From positions 1 through 45,716 of the forward strand of contig DASSFZ010000153.1 of assembly GCA_035693785.1 (NCBI GenBank): a DNA stretch of 45,716 nucleotides. The letters are read 5' to 3'. The position numbers and the translations under genes are program-made. Below, piece by piece: positions 42,339 to 45,716 of this stretch. The notes beneath the pieces were generated by a model that saw only the letters and a program-made list of their open reading frames with translations, was not told the origin of the DNA and did not search any database. Source of the stretch: Anaerolineae bacterium (GTDB lineage: Bacteria > Chloroflexota > Anaerolineae > Fen-1058). The number at the start of each line of letters is the position of its first letter. Position 1 is the first letter of the stretch.

Positions 42339-43745
42339 TCATTCGATCAGTGCGTGAATGCGCCGTACCGCCTCATCGGCATCCTTCGCGTCGACCACCA
42401 GACTGATGCTGCACTCCGACGAGCCTTGCGCGATGGCAATGATGTTGATACCCGCCGCGCCCAGCGCACTGAATATGCGCCCGGCCACGCCCGGCGTCTT
42501 CTGCATGGCCGTGCCGACGGCAGTTATGATCACGACCTGATTCATCGCCCAAATCGTTTCGATGTCGCGGCGCGCCAGCTCGCGCTCGAACTCTGACCGC
42601 AATTCGGTCTGCACATGCTCTGCCGCCGAGTCCGGCACGAGAAAACAAATGCTTTGCTCTGATGACGCCTGAGAGATCATCGGCACGCTGGTGCGCGTGC
42701 GCGCGACTGCGCCGAACGCCCGCGCCGCAATGCCGGGCACGCCCAGCATACCCCGCCCTTCGATCGTGATCAAGCCCTGCTGCTTGATGGCGGTGACCGC
42801 CTTCAACGCGCCGGAGGCATCGTTCGATTCGGCCAGCACCAGTGTCCCGGTGTGCGTAGGGTTGAAGGTATTCTTGATGCGCAGCGGAATGCCGCGCTCG
42901 ACGACGGGCAGGATGGCTCTGGGATGCAGCACCTTTGCACCGAAGTAGGCCAACTCGGACATTTCGCGGTACGAGAGCGTCGCCATACTGCGCGCATCGT
43001 CCACCACGCGCGGATCGGCTGTCATCACGCCGTCCACGTCGGTGTAGATCCACACCTCAGCGCAGTCGAGCGCGGCGCCAATGATGGCAGCACTGTAATC
43101 GCTTCCGCCGCGCCCGAGCGTGGTCAGGATGCCGCTCTCGGTCGCGCCGATGAAGCCGGTGACGACCGGGACGATGCCTTCCGCAAACAGATCCGACAAG
43201 CGTCGCTGCGCTTGCAAGCGCGTCGCGTCCATCAGCGGCGCGGCGGATTGAAACACGCCGTCGGTGCGAATCACCTCGGTCGCGTTGACGGCTTGGGCCG
43301 GCACGCCGATCTGCTGCAATCGGCTGGCGACTAAATGATGGCTCATCCGCTCGCCAAGCGAAGCGACGGCGTCGAGTGCGCGTGGCGTCGCTTCGCCCAA
43401 CACCGCCAGCGCATCGCACAAACTATCGAATTCCCGCAACCGATGCTCGATCCGATCCAAGATGGCGCTTCGCTCGATCTCGGATTCGATCAGCCCGTAG
43501 GCAGCTTCAAGATGCTGTTGTTTCAGTTGATTCGCGATCCGGCCAGCCACTCCCCGATCGCCGCGCGCGGCGGCCTGCGCGCCCTGCAACAACGTGTCCG
43601 TCACGCCGCTCATCGCCGAAACGACGACGGTGACCTGAGGCCACGCCTTGCGCTCATCCCGCACGATCTCGGCCGCCTGCGCAATCGCCGCCGCGTTCCC
43701 GACTGAAGTCCCTCCGAACTTGATCACGAGTGTTCGATTGCTCAT
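42339..43745 (-). CDS. lysC: Aspartate kinase with tandem ACT domains
   Basis: LVIKFGGTSVG, VVVSAM.GVTD.L and TLGRGGSDYSAA, with a C-terminal ACT pair. Confidence 0.9.
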   Translation of the reverse strand: MSNRTLVIKFGGTSVGNAAAIAQAAEIVRDERKAWPQVTVVVSAMSGVTDTLLQGAQAAARGDRGVAGRIANQLKQQHLEAAYGLIESEIERSAILDRIEHRLREFDSLCDALAVLGEATPRALDAVASLGERMSHHLVASRLQQIGVPAQAVNATEVIRTDGVFQSAAPLMDATRLQAQRRLSDLFAEGIVPVVTGFIGATESGILTTLGRGGSDYSAAIIGAALDCAEVWIYTDVDGVMTADPRVVDDARSMATLSYREMSELAYFGAKVLHPRAILPVVERGIPLRIKNTFNPTHTGTLVLAESNDASGALKAVTAIKQQGLITIEGRGMLGVPGIAARAFGAVARTRTSVPMISQASSEQSICFLVPDSAAEHVQTELRSEFERELARRDIETIWAMNQVVIITAVGTAMQKTPGVAGRIFSALGAAGINIIAIAQGSSECSISLVVDAKDADEAVRRIHALIE

Positions 43746-43785
43746 AACTATCCTGACTTCGCCAATTGTAAAAGCAGCGGCCCAA

Positions 43786-44688
43786 CTAGCGCGTACCGAT
43801 CACAGTGCCTCTCCGATCCGCCGCCAATACCAGCGTTCGGCATTTCACTCCATTTGCTTCAAATGCTGCTTTCATCGCCTCGGCGATCTCGGCGTGTCCG
43901 CTGGGCGCGAACGCAGCCATGCTCGGCCCCGCACCCGATAAGGCGACCGCCGCCGCGCCGGCTTCGCGCGCGGCCTGCTTCGCCGCGTCGAAGCCGGGAA
44001 TGAGCGGGCGGCGGTATGGCTCGTGCAGCCGATCGACCATCGCACGCTCCAGCCGCTCATAATCACCCGATTGCAGCGCGCGTGCGACAAACAGTGCTCG
44101 CCCGATGTTGAACGTCGCATCGCCCAGCGGCACCTGCGCGGGCAGCGCGGCGCGCGCCGCGCGTGTCGAGAGCTGCACACCCGGTATGGCGAGTGCTACG
44201 CGCAGTGGCGGCACGTCGATCGTATCGACCAGCACCTCGTCACCGTCCGCGCTGACGACGACCAACCCGCCGTACAGCGCCACCGCCGCGTTATCGGCGT
44301 GACCTTCCAGTCGATACGCCAGGCGCAAAATCTCCGGCCGGGAAAATGGCTCGCCAATGAGCGCGTTCGCCGCGACCAGCCCGCCGAGGATCGCGGCTGC
44401 GCTCGACCCCAATCCCATTCCTGGCGGGATCTGGTTAGTGATTCTGAGGCGAAAGCCGGCCGGCCGGCGCCCGGCCTGCCGCCACAGGTGATCGGCGGCG
44501 CGTGCGACGAGGTTGGTGCCATCTCTCGGCAGCCACGCCGCACCCTCGCCCTCGATGGTCACTTCGAGGCCGTCGTCGAGCGCCGTCAGCTCGACGATGT
44601 TATGCAGCTCCAAAGCGAGACCGAGGCAGTCGAAGCCTGGGCCAAGATTAGCCGTAGACGCCGGGACGGTGACGTGAGCGCGCAACAT
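43786..44688 (-). CDS. thrB: Homoserine kinase
   Basis: VPASTANLGPGFDCLGLAL and the GHMP kinase motif PPGMGLGSSAA. Confidence 0.9.
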   Translation of the reverse strand: MLRAHVTVPASTANLGPGFDCLGLALELHNIVELTALDDGLEVTIEGEGAAWLPRDGTNLVARAADHLWRQAGRRPAGFRLRITNQIPPGMGLGSSAAAILGGLVAANALIGEPFSRPEILRLAYRLEGHADNAAVALYGGLVVVSADGDEVLVDTIDVPPLRVALAIPGVQLSTRAARAALPAQVPLGDATFNIGRALFVARALQSGDYERLERAMVDRLHEPYRRPLIPGFDAAKQAAREAGAAAVALSGAGPSMAAFAPSGHAEIAEAMKAAFEANGVKCRTLVLAADRRGTVIGTR

Positions 44689-44750
44689 AGATAAGCCCGA
44701 ATGCAGACTGCAGCACGTTGAATGCAGGAGCCGGAGGAGGCTCTTACTCC

Positions 44751-45716
44751 TTATTCTCGAACGACATCCTCCAGAGCGCGAAGCTCCGCCGGGATGACGC
44801 CGACTTCCGGCGCGCGGCCGGTGACGGCGTCCGGGTCTTTAAGGCCATGACCGGTGAGCACGGCGACGATGAGGCGGCCTTTGGGATCGAGCCGGCCTTC
44901 GCGCGCTTCCTTCGCCAGCGCGGCCACGCCCGCCGCCGACGCAGGCTCGACCCATATTCCTTCGCGCGCCAATCGCCGCCACATCGCCAGAATCTCGTCG
45001 TCGGTCACGGCCAGAATGCGGCCGTTCGATTCTTCGACGGCGGCGAGCGCTTCGTCGCCGCGGGCGGGCCGCCCGATGCGGATCGCGGTCGCGACCGTTT
45101 CGGGATGATCCACCGCATGGCCGAGGACGAGCGGCGCAGCGCCGGCCGCCTGCGCGCCGAGCAACTGCGGATGCGAAGCGGATTTCCCGGCGCTGCCGTA
45201 GTGCTTGAAACCGAGCCAGTAGGCGGTGATGTTGCCGGCGTTGCCGACGGGCAGGCACAGCCAATCTGGCGCGCGGCCCAGCGCATCGCAAGTCTCGAAC
45301 GCGGCGGTCTTCTGACCTTCGAGGCGGTAGGGATTGATCGAGTTGACGAGCGCGATCGGGCGGCGGCTGGACAGTTCGCGCACCAGTGCGAGCGCGTCGT
45401 CGAATGAGCCGCGCACGGCGACGACCTGTGCGCCATACGCGAGCGCGCCGGCCAGCTTGCCCGCCGCGACCTTGCCTTCCGGCACGAGGACAATGCAGCG
45501 CATATCCGCCCGCGCCGAGTAGGCCGCCGCCGACGCGGCCGTGTTGCCGGTGCTGGCGCAGATCGTCACGCGCGCGCCCTCGCTCGCGGCGTGCGTGATG
45601 GCGGCGGTCATGCCGCGGTCTTTGAACGAACCGGTTGGGTTCAAACCTTCGAACTTGACGTATAGCTCAAAACCACCACCCAACTCCAAGGCCAGGCGCG
45701 GCAAAGGGATGAGCGG
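44751..45716 (-). CDS. thrC: Threonine synthase (N-terminus beyond the window edge)
   Basis: PLP-lysine motif NPTGSFKDRG and STGNTAAS. The reading frame stays open to the window end (..PLIPLPRLALELG..). Confidence 0.88.
   Translation of the reverse strand, partial: PLIPLPRLALELGGGFELYVKFEGLNPTGSFKDRGMTAAITHAASEGARVTICASTGNTAASAAAYSARADMRCIVLVPEGKVAAGKLAGALAYGAQVVAVRGSFDDALALVRELSSRRPIALVNSINPYRLEGQKTAAFETCDALGRAPDWLCLPVGNAGNITAYWLGFKHYGSAGKSASHPQLLGAQAAGAAPLVLGHAVDHPETVATAIRIGRPARGDEALAAVEESNGRILAVTDDEILAMWRRLAREGIWVEPASAAGVAALAKEAREGRLDPKGRLIVAVLTGHGLKDPDAVTGRAPEVGVIPAELRALEDVVRE

Overview
Visibly high-GC bacterial chromosomal window. Gene content and repeat style suggest a Chloroflexota-like organism, but that is a low-confidence guess. 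All calls come from reading the sequence and ORF track and from recalled family motifs; no searches were run. Hand-read coordinates of short motifs may be off by 1-2 nt.

The content is mostly core metabolism in co-directional clusters:
(1) Flavin-reductase-like gene and an internally deleted Nudix remnant.
(2) Trans-translation locus on the minus strand: smpB, an NYN-domain protein, then ssrA (tmRNA, tag ANRTNYAALPLAA).
(3) Two tandem S41 C-terminal processing proteases and a SirB1-like protein.
(4) sufR plus a DUF59 gene, divergent from sufC-sufB-sufD-sufU-sufS-sufU-Rieske, with back-to-back near-consensus promoters.
(5) Inositol monophosphatase.
(6) A minus-strand glycerol/dihydroxyacetone cluster: dhaR, then glpF-dhaK-dhaL-glpK-glpA-like-sdhB-like-sdhC-like-sdhD-like-methyltransferase-dhaM. 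The dhaM gene encodes EIIA-HPr fused to a full-length Enzyme I.
(7) Response-regulator/class III cyclase, hom, M20 peptidase and dinB.
(8) A small, visibly AT-richer patch with a hypothetical gene, a 59-aa ORF absent from the track, and a tyrosine recombinase.
(9) UPF0316 membrane protein, PatB-like C-S lyase, aspartate aminotransferase and pckA.
(10) PF07929-like protein, a DUF104-like/PIN toxin-antitoxin pair and rnhA.
(11) asd-lysC-thrB-thrC, with thrC running off the window.

There is no CRISPR array, rRNA or tRNA. I found no convincing novel defence-type system.

The most unusual architecture is a short GlpA-type flavoprotein that lacks its C-terminal Fe-S domain. It is followed by an orphan SdhB/SdhC/SdhD-like module with no SdhA. 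I interpret this as a candidate hybrid glycerol-3-phosphate:quinone oxidoreductase.

Secondary signals:
- An NYN nuclease-fold gene wedged between smpB and ssrA.
- Two families of short intergenic hairpin repeats: AGAC...GTCT stems that differ by paired changes, and GTAGGG-headed GC hairpins, one of which sits in frame inside a coding region.
- The integrase patch, which carries consensus sigma70 promoters.
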